Assembly: GCA_049423385.1 (NCBI GenBank)
Contig: JBMSQQ010000026.1
Span: 1 to 37,454 of the forward strand
Length of the DNA stretch: 37,454 nt
Direction of reading: 5' to 3'
From: Silvanigrellaceae bacterium
GTDB taxonomy: Bacteria; Bdellovibrionota_B; Oligoflexia; Silvanigrellales; Silvanigrellaceae
Both the position numbers and the translations under genes were made by a program. The notes beneath the pieces are model-generated. The model was not told the DNA's origin and did no database searches. It saw only the letters and a program-made list of their open reading frames with translations. This document shows, one piece after another, positions 9,432 to 18,890 of this stretch (positions within the stretch are counted from its first letter, which is position 1; every line of letters begins with the position of its first letter).

Positions 9432-10984
9432 CGACATCCCGATTGTGCAGTCGACTTTGAAGGTGCACCGGTTCCGGCCTGTTGGGTAGAGCTTGAGCTC
9501 TCCTCTGTGTATTCCGGCAGTGGAGTGACGGACGCACCACCGGAGGTGGGATTTCCATCGACCGTTGCAATCACCCCAATCGGAGTGTTTGCAATATGCA
9601 ACACAGAGCCTGAATCTCCAGGTTGCAGGAAGAAACTGTTCTTGAATGTCGAGCCAACGGTGTGTGGAACAAGAATAGTCGATGGTTTGAAGACAAGATG
9701 CGATAAAGGATCGGTCACAGTCGTTGTCGGCAATGCGTTCTGCTGGGTCGCAAGAATTTTTGCAGGCGATGCCAAACCGTAATAGAGAGGCCCCGAATCA
9801 CCCAAGGTTGGTAAGTTCGCCGAGAGATCAAGGCTGAATCCGGGCCGCAAAAAATTTGTCGAAAGGTATGACTGACCAGCAATTGCCGCATTGTTTGCAA
9901 CGGTCGACTGACTGAACAAAAGCCATTTCAAATTTCTCTTGGTGCCGGCCGTGTCCATGTCTGCATAGACTTCATCATGCAGCGCCTGCTGGAACGTCTT
10001 GGCAGTTCCGGTCAGCCCTGTTGTCCAAGCAGCATATTCTTCCAATGGTTTTTTAAAGAAGTCTCGAAACTGCTGTGCACAAACACCAGTTGCATTGGAC
10101 GCATCACACAACCGGACTTTTTCTATCAGTGCAGACTGGCTTTCGTAACCGCGCCAGCGCGTCATGTCGGAAATGGCACCGCGCCAACGCTTAACAAAAA
10201 AATCAAAGTTGGCTCTCAAACTTTCGGGTACTGCAGCGACCATTGCATATTTTTCATCTTCTTGCTTCTTCATGGCAGCGCTCAACTGATTCAAAAGCGA
10301 CAAAACGTCAGGCCTTGCCAAGCTTTCCGTCGTGGCAACAGCTTCAACCCGCGCCAGATCGAGAACTGTACTGCAAATGGCCGTCAAACCTGGCACAGCA
10401 ACTTTGTATGCAGTCGTGTCTGCTTGGCAAATGGGGACACCGCGCTCGATGAGAGGAGCCGAGTTCAAACTGACTGACTCACGCAATGCGGAGGCACGGA
10501 AGGTTGCCAGATCTGATGCTGCGGAAGTGTCGCCCGGGTTTAGATACTGTCTGTCAGCAAACAGCTTGAGTCCGTCTTTATACTGGTCCATGACCTGAAT
10601 GGAGACTCCAAAACGCACGTACTTCTTTGCAACAGGGTCAAACAAGTTGAGTTCAACCGATTGCGAGTTCAAAAAAGTCAGACAATGGTCAGCAGTCCAA
10701 AATGCGAGATTGGCTGGATTCGTGTCCTGTCCGGCTGAAACGGGAACGTAATCCATGTGCACGGTGCAACGGTTTCTCTTGGAAGTGTCAGGACTGGAGG
10801 ATTGTTCCAAAAAATCGATCACGCCTCCCCAGCCAGCAGGCAATACCTGGTCTCGGACGTCATTGTAGATTTCCCCGCCAGACACAGGAACCGCTTTTAC
10901 CGACGAACACGTTGAGCGCACTGTCGACTGCGCTCCACACCCCATCAAAACTGCAATAAAAAGACTGCCGACAAAACCTCTCAT
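9428..10984 (-). CDS. Lipoprotein, chymotrypsin-fold (clan PA) serine protease with large insertions
   Basis: Lipobox LMGC (start 10984, or 11011). Motifs VSGG, WTADHC, DLARV, QPGDSGS, PIGVI. Confidence 0.65.
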   Translation of the reverse strand: MRGFVGSLFIAVLMGCGAQSTVRSTCSSVKAVPVSGGEIYNDVRDQVLPAGWGGVIDFLEQSSSPDTSKRNRCTVHMDYVPVSAGQDTNPANLAFWTADHCLTFLNSQSVELNLFDPVAKKYVRFGVSIQVMDQYKDGLKLFADRQYLNPGDTSAASDLATFRASALRESVSLNSAPLIERGVPICQADTTAYKVAVPGLTAICSTVLDLARVEAVATTESLARPDVLSLLNQLSAAMKKQEDEKYAMVAAVPESLRANFDFFVKRWRGAISDMTRWRGYESQSALIEKVRLCDASNATGVCAQQFRDFFKKPLEEYAAWTTGLTGTAKTFQQALHDEVYADMDTAGTKRNLKWLLFSQSTVANNAAIAGQSYLSTNFLRPGFSLDLSANLPTLGDSGPLYYGLASPAKILATQQNALPTTTVTDPLSHLVFKPSTILVPHTVGSTFKNSFFLQPGDSGSVLHIANTPIGVIATVDGNPTSGGASVTPLPEYTEESSSSTQQAGTGAPSKSTAQSGCR

Positions 10985-10991
10985 TGAGGAA

Positions 10992-11018
10992 ATATCGGCA
11001 TTTTGTATCATTTGATGA
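10992..11018 (-). promoter_or_regulatory. Sigma-28 (FliA)-type promoter
   Basis: TCAT-N15-GCCGATAT ending 7 nt before ATG 10984. Confidence 0.4.
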
Positions 11019-11051
11019 AGACTTTTTAAGGGTCAATAAGAAACAATATTT

Positions 11052-12719
11052 TCAGACACTTGCCTTATGAATGTCGCGCACGGCACGACCCGAGGGATCC
11101 GCACTTTGCGAGAATGCCTTGTCCCATTTGATCGCCGTGGGAGTGCTGCAAGCGACACTCGGACCATCTGGAATCAGCCTGACTGCTGATGGATTTCCGA
11201 AATGCGATTCGAAAATGCTCCGGTACCAATAGCCTTCTTTCGTTTGTGGAGTCTTTTCAGGAAATTTGTGGTGCGCATTTTTGAGCATAACATCGCTCAC
11301 CTCCGCATCTGCGAATGCTTTCAGAGAGTCAATCCAGCTGTAACCAACGCCATCGGAAAACTGTTCCTTTTGACGCCAAAGAATCTCATCCGGGATGAGA
11401 CCCTTGAATGCATCACGGAGTATGAATTTTTCGATTTTTCCACCACCACACATTTTGTCTTGCGGGTTGATGCTCATCGCCACGTCCAGAAATTCCTTGT
11501 CAAGAAATGGAACACGAGCTTCAATTCCCCAAGCAGCCATCGCCTTGTTCGCGCGAAGACAATCATATTTATGGAGCATGGATAATTTTCTCAAGAGTTC
11601 TTCATGAAACTCCTGAGCATTGGGCGCCTTGTGAAAATACAGGTATCCACCAAACACTTCATCTGCACCCTCGCCCGATAGAATCATTTTGATTCCCATC
11701 GCGCGAATTTTTCGGGCCATCAGATACATTGGAGTTGCAGCACGGATCGTGGTGATATCGAACGTCTCAAGGTGATAAATGACATCCGGGATCGCATCGA
11801 TACCTTCTTGAACCGTGAAGTTGATTTCATGATGCGTGGAGCCAATGTGCGCAGCAACCTTCTTCGCCATCTTGAGATCCGGAGAATCCTTGAGACCAAC
11901 AGAGAAGGAATGGAGTTGCGGCCACCATGCAGGCTCGCGACCTTCGCTTTCCACACGCCGTGGACTCATCTTTGCAGCAAGTGCAGAAACAAGTGACGAG
12001 TCAACCCCGCCAGAAATCAATACACCGTAGGGAACATCACACATCAACTGGCGTCGCACTGCAGACTCCAAGGCATTTGCCAATCCCGATTCGCCCACAG
12101 GGACTGCTGGAAGTTTGTCGGTTCTGTCCCAGCCAGGCTTGTAATACCTCACAAACTTTTTCTCTGTGCCAAGGTAATAATGTCCAGGTGGGAACTCCTC
12201 GACAACCTTGCACACATCGACAATCGCTTTCAGTTCCGACGAAACATAAAGCGTACCGTTTTGATCCCAGCCCATATAAAGAGGAACGATGCCAATATGA
12301 TCTCGTGCAATCAGATAGGTGTTTCGCGCCTTGTCATACAGGACGAATGCAAAAATGCCGTTTATTTTCTCCAAAAATCCGGCACCGAATTCTTCATACA
12401 GATAAAGGAGAACTTCACAGTCCGATTGCGTTTGAAATTGGTGCTCTTTCTTGAGCTCATTATTGCGCAGTTCGATATGGTTGTAGATTTCTCCATTGAC
12501 CGCCAACACGGAGCCCGTCGCCTGATCCACCAAGGGTTGCGCACCACTCATCACGTCGACAATGGCAAGTCGCTCGTGGCACAAGATGGCATTCCTGTCG
12601 GAGTAGACACCGCTCCAGTCTGGTCCGCGATGTCTCAACTTCTTGACCTTTGCCAGTGCTTCCTTGCGCAGTTGTTGTGGATCACCTGAAATTTCCAAAA
12701 CGGCCAATATTCCGCACAT
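11052..12719 (-). CDS. asnB: Asparagine synthetase B (glutamine-hydrolysing)
   Basis: N-terminal MCGI (Ntn Cys), RHRGPDWSG, HERLAIVD, NGEIYNH, ISGGVDSS, SGEGADEVFGGY, EARVPFLD, QKEQFSDGVG. Confidence 0.97.
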   Translation of the reverse strand: MCGILAVLEISGDPQQLRKEALAKVKKLRHRGPDWSGVYSDRNAILCHERLAIVDVMSGAQPLVDQATGSVLAVNGEIYNHIELRNNELKKEHQFQTQSDCEVLLYLYEEFGAGFLEKINGIFAFVLYDKARNTYLIARDHIGIVPLYMGWDQNGTLYVSSELKAIVDVCKVVEEFPPGHYYLGTEKKFVRYYKPGWDRTDKLPAVPVGESGLANALESAVRRQLMCDVPYGVLISGGVDSSLVSALAAKMSPRRVESEGREPAWWPQLHSFSVGLKDSPDLKMAKKVAAHIGSTHHEINFTVQEGIDAIPDVIYHLETFDITTIRAATPMYLMARKIRAMGIKMILSGEGADEVFGGYLYFHKAPNAQEFHEELLRKLSMLHKYDCLRANKAMAAWGIEARVPFLDKEFLDVAMSINPQDKMCGGGKIEKFILRDAFKGLIPDEILWRQKEQFSDGVGYSWIDSLKAFADAEVSDVMLKNAHHKFPEKTPQTKEGYWYRSIFESHFGNPSAVRLIPDGPSVACSTPTAIKWDKAFSQSADPSGRAVRDIHKASV

Positions 12720-12879
12720 AAGCCCATTCTCCAGATTTGGAACACGATGTTACCCGAAAACGTTACAGATCACTCCGGGTTCATGACCACTGGCAGGGAT
12801 ATGACATTTGCAAAATTTTTATACCCGTGTTTCGATCTGTTGTCTTAATAATCTAATATTATTGATTTTTTTAGAAATT

Positions 12880-12906
12880 TAATTTTGCTCAATTTTTCTC
12901 CGATAA
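12880..12906 (+). promoter_or_regulatory. Sigma-28 (FliA)-type promoter
   Basis: TAAT-N15-TCCGATAA, about 40 nt upstream of ATG 12948. Confidence 0.55.
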
Positions 12907-12947
12907 GGCTTTTGAATCGAGTTTCAATCCGGAGGCCTGCGCCCGCA

Positions 12948-13829
12948 ATGAAGGATGAACACAAGGCAGCACTCAAAGAAGTGTGCCAGCACATCAAACC
13001 AAGCTTGTATCTGGAGTATTCGTCTTTTCTTGAAGATGTGTACCAGTGGATCAAGACGCGCATCAAACACTATTCTTACATCACTTTCGCCGACGATCTC
13101 GGCTACTCGAAAACAAATGTGATTCACCTCATCATTCGTGGCAAGCGGCGCCTCAGCCCAAAGGGAGTCGATCGCATCACCGATGCGCTCAACATTCGAG
13201 GACCCGAGCGCTTGTATCTTGAAACACTCGTCCGCTATCAAAACGCCCGATTGTCATCAGACAGGGAGTCCCTGTTCAGCAGACTCATGGAGCTGAAGGC
13301 AAAAAATCTCGCTTCGCCTTTGGAACAGAATCAGCTCGAATATTATAGTGAATGGTTTCATCCGGTCATCCGTGAGCTCGTTGGAATGCCGGGCTTCAAT
13401 CCGGATCCACATTGGATCGTGAAACACATCGAGCCTCGCGTTCTGCCTGAACAGGCCAGAAAGAGTTTAGCGCTTCTTCAGGAATTGAACCTGATAAAAA
13501 AATCCGATGAAAATGACTCCTTCGAACTCACCTCACAACACATCAGCACCGGTGATGAAATCGCCAGCCACGCTGTTGTGCGCTTTCATCAACGCACAAT
13601 AGAAATCGGACGAGAATCGGTGACAAATTTCGATCACAACGAGCGGAATGTCAGTTCAGTCACAATGGCATGCTCGCAAGAGATGTTCGACAAGATTGCC
13701 GACGAAATTTCCCAATTCCGAAAGCGGATCCTTGAATTGGCTGATCAAGATGCTTCACCAGACCGGGTTTATCAGTTGAATATTCAATTTTTTCCATTCA
13801 CCCGAAAGATCAAAGGTCAGTCAAAATGA
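12948..13829 (+). CDS. TIGR02147-family protein (N-terminal HTH plus DUF4423)
   Basis: YSYITFADDLG...IIRGKRRLS HTH region, YYSEWFHPVIREL, FHQ, ERNVSSVT, VYQLNIQFFP. Start set at ATG 12948 (GGAGG upstream). Confidence 0.88.
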   Translation: MKDEHKAALKEVCQHIKPSLYLEYSSFLEDVYQWIKTRIKHYSYITFADDLGYSKTNVIHLIIRGKRRLSPKGVDRITDALNIRGPERLYLETLVRYQNARLSSDRESLFSRLMELKAKNLASPLEQNQLEYYSEWFHPVIRELVGMPGFNPDPHWIVKHIEPRVLPEQARKSLALLQELNLIKKSDENDSFELTSQHISTGDEIASHAVVRFHQRTIEIGRESVTNFDHNERNVSSVTMACSQEMFDKIADEISQFRKRILELADQDASPDRVYQLNIQFFPFTRKIKGQSK

Positions 13830-14881
13830 ATGACAAAATCAAATCAAACCAAAAAGGCGCACGTCGGCTCACAAGTTCAATTTTGACGTGTATTTTTTTA
13901 TTGTCCCTGTTGGCCAGCACTTCGTCGTGCGGAACCGAAACCGGAAATCCCGTCATTAAACGCCCAACAACTCCCCGAAACATTGCCCAGGATTCAGTTG
14001 AGGCAGACCTTTTTGAAGCTTCCGAAACCTTGGCGGATTTCAACTCCAATTCCGCTGCCCTCCAGTTGTTTCTGGGTTCGACAAGCGAAGCGACGATAGT
14101 GGATGTCAACGAATGCTCCGGTGACAGCAACCGTGCCACAACAACAATGGAACGCACCAGGGAGAAAACCAAAACTCTGGGTAAAAAAGGCGGAACAATT
14201 TCCCTGCTGTTGGAGCGCAAGCTGACAACAGACTGGATTTCACCCAATGGAGGCCTGGAGTGCGTCGGAAATACTCTGAAGAAAACTTTGCGTCTGATGA
14301 AGGGGGCCAGCGAAACCCGGACTGGTACGGTGATGCGAGGCCTGACTCGAAATTTACAGGGTTCCACTCTCGCGTCAAAAGAGTACTCGAGCGCTAAATT
14401 CAACTCTTCGGGAGAATGGAAAACAAGCTACGACAATCTCGAGGTTCTACCCGAAACCTTGGTGACCACGAGATCATCATCCTGGAATCTTAAAAAATCA
14501 CTGACGACCGCGACCTCAGAAGGCGAAGCATACACAGAGTCTTCCAGTCAAACGAGCCCGACAGCGCCGCTCATCATCAAGGTGGAACGTGCGCGGGGAA
14601 CAGGGATTCTGGTTCAACGCACGATCGAATCGGGAACAATCAAAACGACTCGTTCGGACGGCACGATTGTGGAGATTAGCTTCGAGTCTGCTGTTTTTAC
14701 ACAGACCGACACCTGTTATCCGTCAAAAGGAAAGATGCGGGGTCAAGTGACACCCGCATCATCGAATGGTTCAGATATTGAAACTTTTGAGGTCGATTTC
14801 TCAGCGGGTTACACCGACGCACCAGAGATTCAGTTCCAAGACGGAACCACTGTAGCCCTGAGCGGAGCGTGTTTGGACTGA
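13826..14881 (+). CDS. Hypothetical beta-rich lipoprotein with C-GTETGNP motif
   Basis: ATGA overlap with the TIGR02147 gene. Hydrophobic stretch followed by SSC-GTETGNP. Thr/Ser-rich. Confidence 0.75.
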   Translation: MNDKIKSNQKGARRLTSSILTCIFLLSLLASTSSCGTETGNPVIKRPTTPRNIAQDSVEADLFEASETLADFNSNSAALQLFLGSTSEATIVDVNECSGDSNRATTTMERTREKTKTLGKKGGTISLLLERKLTTDWISPNGGLECVGNTLKKTLRLMKGASETRTGTVMRGLTRNLQGSTLASKEYSSAKFNSSGEWKTSYDNLEVLPETLVTTRSSSWNLKKSLTTATSEGEAYTESSSQTSPTAPLIIKVERARGTGILVQRTIESGTIKTTRSDGTIVEISFESAVFTQTDTCYPSKGKMRGQVTPASSNGSDIETFEVDFSAGYTDAPEIQFQDGTTVALSGACLD

Positions 14882-14904
14882 GAGCAATGACTCAAGTCAT
14901 CTGA

Positions 14905-14926
14905 AACAAGACTCAATAGTCTTGTT
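14905..14926. terminator. Stem-loop between convergent genes (probable terminator)
   Basis: AACAAGACT-CAAT-AGTCTTGTT is a perfect 9-bp inverted repeat right after the RRM stop codon. U tail is short. Confidence 0.55.
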
Positions 14927-14927
14927 C

Positions 14928-15251
14928 TTAGCGACGAGGACCTGCGCCGAAGCCACGAGGACCGCGGTCACCAAATTCACGGCGAGGACGCTCGCCTCTC
15001 TCTGGCTGAGGACGAGCCTCATTGACCGTCATCGAACGTCCGCCCCATTGAGCGCCGTTCCACTTTGAAATGGCTTCTTGAGCTTGGTCGTCAGTGCCCA
15101 TTTCAACGAAAGCAAATCCCTTGCTACGGCCTGTTTCACGATCGGTTACAATGCGAACCGACTCCACTTGACCACATTCCGAAAACGCCTGTGCCAGCGC
15201 ATCTTCAGTAGCAGTATAAGGGATATTACCAACGTACAACTTCTTACCCAT
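14928..15251 (-). CDS. RRM-domain RNA-binding protein with Arg/Gly-rich tail
   Basis: RNP2 LYVGNI, RNP1 KGFAFVEM, VNEARP. AAGGAG RBS. Confidence 0.95.
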   Translation of the reverse strand: MGKKLYVGNIPYTATEDALAQAFSECGQVESVRIVTDRETGRSKGFAFVEMGTDDQAQEAISKWNGAQWGGRSMTVNEARPQPERGERPRREFGDRGPRGFGAGPRR

Positions 15252-15374
15252 GACTTCTCCTTAAAACACCTCAGCCACTTGGAAGAAGACCACACAGTAA
15301 GAAAGCTTCACCCCAAGAGCGCCGGAAACCTAGCATGGCTCTCGCGATCCTCCAACAACTTTGTGAGATTTTTT

Positions 15375-17807
15375 TCACCAGGCGGGGAGGCCTTGCTCAA
15401 GCAGGCGCAGGCTGTCGGAATTTCCGTATGTTACCCTCGGATTATACTCGGAAGCCGCACTGCCATCATGCCGACCCTCAATCAGTACAAGCAAGCCCGC
15501 TTCCGAGAATTGACCCTCAATCTCAAGTCCAAGCTGAATCAAGATGCGGGCAAGCAGGTCGGAGCCGATCTTGTTTGCGCCAAAGCCTTTTGAATAAAAA
15601 GATTCTAAAAACCGCACCTTTGCCTCGGTAGAACGAATGGTTTGGGCATCCCTCAACCGCGGAATAAATTCTTGCGCCAGATAATGGCAGTAGAAACTGC
15701 CCCATTGGGTCGCAATGATTCCGCATCTTTCCTCATTTGCTGTTCCAACTACAGACGAGGGCATTCCCGCAGGGATGACCAGGAACGGCAATCCAAAGGT
15801 GTTGTCAAAAGTGGATGCGACCTGACTCACTGCTTTCCAAACCAGCGACTCGTTTGCGAGCGACGGGTCGAAAATCTTGTCCAACACGGTCGATGGTATT
15901 CCAACCACAATTCGGCCACGGAACCGGCCACCCACTTCACCAAAGTAAAGCTTTTCCAAATTCAGTGACTGCGCCACAGGTCCCAGAATATTTTGGCCTG
16001 TCAGTAAAAACTCTGCAAGATGAGACCTTCCGTACGTCCTTGAATCAATTTCCTGTGCATACCAATACAGAGATTCAGCCCCCGCCGTGTATCCCAGGTC
16101 ACTCATGAAGCCACTGCCACGTTCGCGGGTTTCAGAAGCCATTCCAAAAAGAGTCGCTTGACGAAACCCCCAACGATTCAAAAATCCTTCTCTCGTACCG
16201 CTCTCGGTGCCCGACTGGAAACGATAATTTTCACGACTCCAGTTTTCCGACAGAGCAAACGACATCCTGGGACCAAACTTGATCTGGAATTGACTTTCTG
16301 AAACCTCAACCTTTGAACTTCCGTTCAACAACCTGATCACAGGAGCACCGGTCTCATTCAAAAACGCCCTCGACACTCGCTCTGCCACAACAAAATTGTG
16401 AAGCGACCTCGAGAGTTTCAAAACTCCCGAGGGATCTGGTCTTGCACTCAACAGCACAGCTCCGCCGGACACAGCCTGCAAGAATGCTTCTCGTCCTGTT
16501 TCATTCCTCAGGTCGAATGAGTAATCTCCATAAAATTGTTGTTTGTTCTTGCGAATTTCTGTCCAGCTCACACCTGCGTCGAAGCGGATTTCCTGGTCGC
16601 TGTAGACCTTCAACTTTTCGCCGATCTTCCGGACCTTTAAATTGAGCTGTCCAGGAGATCTCTTCAGCATTGACTCGACGCGTGCAATTGTCTGATTCTG
16701 GATAGCCTCGGCGCTGATTTGTATCGAGGCCGACAAATCAACCAGACCGTCCTGCTTCTTTCTAACCTCGTCTTCAAACTTCTTCGATTCGGCAAGCGAA
16801 TTGCGTGACGAATCTTTGAGAATAGAACCACCCGTAAATTTTCTCAGAACATCGGGAAGTCTCAACCGTTGCTGTCCAATGGCAGTCAAATTCAAGGTCT
16901 TCTTGATTTCTGAAATCTGCTGCAGCTTTGACAAGGGAACAACGGTGACCTTTGCTGCGAGCGATGCCACCGCACCAGCCTCAGTCGACATCGAACGTTC
17001 GTTTTGTTGAAAGATCCTCACCCGAATTCGTTCGTCGTCTGCTTTGAAAATGTGGAGCTCGAATCGTCCGTCGACAACAAGGTTTGCGCGCAGGCCAGTT
17101 TGTGTCTCGCCGATCAGGCTGGCTCCAAGCATGCTGTCCAGAACTCGCCCCATCGACCACGAATGGCGCAAAAAGCTACCGTCAACAGAGGTCATCACCT
17201 GCCCATCGACTGGAACAACAAAAAGATCTCCGGCTCGCATCCGCAGGGCATTGTCCAGATTCACCGGAATATCGACCAGCTGGACCCGTGGCGTTCTCTG
17301 CGCTTCAGCTTCTCCAGAAAAAACCCTGAATACTTTGACTTTTGCTTTTGAAGAAAGGGAAACCTGCAATGCAAAATTGCGATCTTCAAGTCGGATTGTC
17401 GATTTTGGAATAGACTTGTGGATCTTGAGCGTTTCAAGGCGCATCGATTTTTCAGGGAAGTTGATGGACCTTCTTTGAAAACCGGACATCGCCACAATGG
17501 ACGAATATTCGCTTTGCGAAGAATTGAATCCATCGCTGAAAACCTCTGTCGAGACGCTCCCTTCCGAAAGAAGTCGGGAAAGCTCGAAGACATCACCCAC
17601 GGGTTCGGCAATTGCACTCCTCACATATTCACGCGCCTCGCGGTCAACATTGGCGAGAGCTGTCGCCACATCCGAAGATTGGCCATTCTTCTTGCATGCC
17701 GAAAGCAGAACGCCTGGAAAGACCGAAAAAACAACCATCAAAAAGATTTTTTTCATCAATTGAGCATTGGCTTGATTGACACGCGATGAGGTTTCTAGAG
17801 TTTCCAT
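15375..17807 (-). CDS. Large hypothetical lipoprotein (about 800 aa)
   Basis: Long open frame with signal MKKIFLMVV...LLSAC (start 17807 or 17756). No recognisable catalytic motif. Confidence 0.75.
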   Translation of the reverse strand: METLETSSRVNQANAQLMKKIFLMVVFSVFPGVLLSACKKNGQSSDVATALANVDREAREYVRSAIAEPVGDVFELSRLLSEGSVSTEVFSDGFNSSQSEYSSIVAMSGFQRRSINFPEKSMRLETLKIHKSIPKSTIRLEDRNFALQVSLSSKAKVKVFRVFSGEAEAQRTPRVQLVDIPVNLDNALRMRAGDLFVVPVDGQVMTSVDGSFLRHSWSMGRVLDSMLGASLIGETQTGLRANLVVDGRFELHIFKADDERIRVRIFQQNERSMSTEAGAVASLAAKVTVVPLSKLQQISEIKKTLNLTAIGQQRLRLPDVLRKFTGGSILKDSSRNSLAESKKFEDEVRKKQDGLVDLSASIQISAEAIQNQTIARVESMLKRSPGQLNLKVRKIGEKLKVYSDQEIRFDAGVSWTEIRKNKQQFYGDYSFDLRNETGREAFLQAVSGGAVLLSARPDPSGVLKLSRSLHNFVVAERVSRAFLNETGAPVIRLLNGSSKVEVSESQFQIKFGPRMSFALSENWSRENYRFQSGTESGTREGFLNRWGFRQATLFGMASETRERGSGFMSDLGYTAGAESLYWYAQEIDSRTYGRSHLAEFLLTGQNILGPVAQSLNLEKLYFGEVGGRFRGRIVVGIPSTVLDKIFDPSLANESLVWKAVSQVASTFDNTFGLPFLVIPAGMPSSVVGTANEERCGIIATQWGSFYCHYLAQEFIPRLRDAQTIRSTEAKVRFLESFYSKGFGANKIGSDLLARILIQLGLEIEGQFSEAGLLVLIEGRHDGSAASEYNPRVTYGNSDSLRLLEQGLPAW

Positions 17808-17829
17808 CACACCAACCCAATTGTAGAGG

Positions 17830-18771
17830 TTAGAATGCGGACACGATGCCACCAAAAATATAAACCGTCAGGGGGCTCAAATTGACAACATCGGTTTCCT
17901 CGGAAAATTTGAAGCTTCCTTTGACACTCGAAATTTGCGCTCCACCGACCAAGGTGAATGCAGAGCCGAGGTTGAGCCCGGCTGCAAATTCACCACCAAA
18001 TCGTTTGTAGTTGAGTGCCGTTTGCAAGCTGATATCCGTGGACACAATCGACAAATTTCCGGACAGCGGGATCCCGATGATGCCGCCAAGCTTGCAGTAC
18101 AATCGGGCAGAGATGCATTTTGTTATTGATAAAGCCGGATGAATGACAAGTTCGGTGAATTTTGCGGTGACGATGTAATCATCGTTGTTTCCAATCAACG
18201 TTTTTCCGGTCGTTGTTGAACTGAGCGCGGCAACGCCCGCTTCAATGCCAAGCGACGAGCCTGCCATGTATCTGAAAAGAGCTCCGCCAGAATAACCGAT
18301 TCCGCTAAGACCATTGATGGGCTGAGGTGCTGTTTCATTTTCATTTGCAGGCTGCGGCGCGAAGGGTTGCTTGAATGTGTAAAGCCCTGCATTCAATATC
18401 ACCCCGAGGTAAAACTTCTTCCCGCTTCCTGATTTTCCGAGTGCATAGATTGTTCCGGAAACCTTTGGACATTTTCCACCCTTGGAATTGATTGTCACCG
18501 TCGCATTTCGCTTGCTCTTTTTCGTCACAAGGAGGGTCAACGACCTTCCACTCGTGGTTTCTGCCTGGAACGACTCTCCGTTGCGCAGACCATCTGAAGG
18601 CATAATCAACAGGGTGCACTTTTTCTGTTTCAGGACCTCAAAATCGGCGGCTTTTGCATTCTGGGAGACGAAAAAGAACACAAGGGCCAAAAAAAGGCTT
18701 GTAAATGCTGAACATCGCCGCCCTGACCAACCGAAACAACGCAGCAATTTGTGTAATTTTTCTACAGACAA
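17830..18771 (-). CDS. Outer-membrane beta-barrel protein with small N-terminal beta domain
   Basis: Signal peptide ending AKA-ADF, alternating amphipathic strands, C-terminal YIFGGIVSAF with terminal Phe. Start is TTG 18771 (GAGG upstream) or TTG 18795. Confidence 0.7.
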   Translation of the reverse strand: MSVEKLHKLLRCFGWSGRRCSAFTSLFLALVFFFVSQNAKAADFEVLKQKKCTLLIMPSDGLRNGESFQAETTSGRSLTLLVTKKSKRNATVTINSKGGKCPKVSGTIYALGKSGSGKKFYLGVILNAGLYTFKQPFAPQPANENETAPQPINGLSGIGYSGGALFRYMAGSSLGIEAGVAALSSTTTGKTLIGNNDDYIVTAKFTELVIHPALSITKCISARLYCKLGGIIGIPLSGNLSIVSTDISLQTALNYKRFGGEFAAGLNLGSAFTLVGGAQISSVKGSFKFSEETDVVNLSPLTVYIFGGIVSAF

Positions 18772-18805
18772 CCCCAGCACCCTCAAAGCAAACAAAGCTG
18801 AATGG

Positions 18806-18832
18806 TTATCGGATGAGTCCTATTTCACTTGA
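18806..18832 (-). promoter_or_regulatory. Sigma-28 (FliA)-type promoter
   Basis: TCAA-N15-TCCGATAA. Confidence 0.6.
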
Positions 18833-18890
18833 GCGATTGCGCCAGAAATGGGGCTTAAAAAACATTTAAGAAAGATCAGGTACTTATCAA

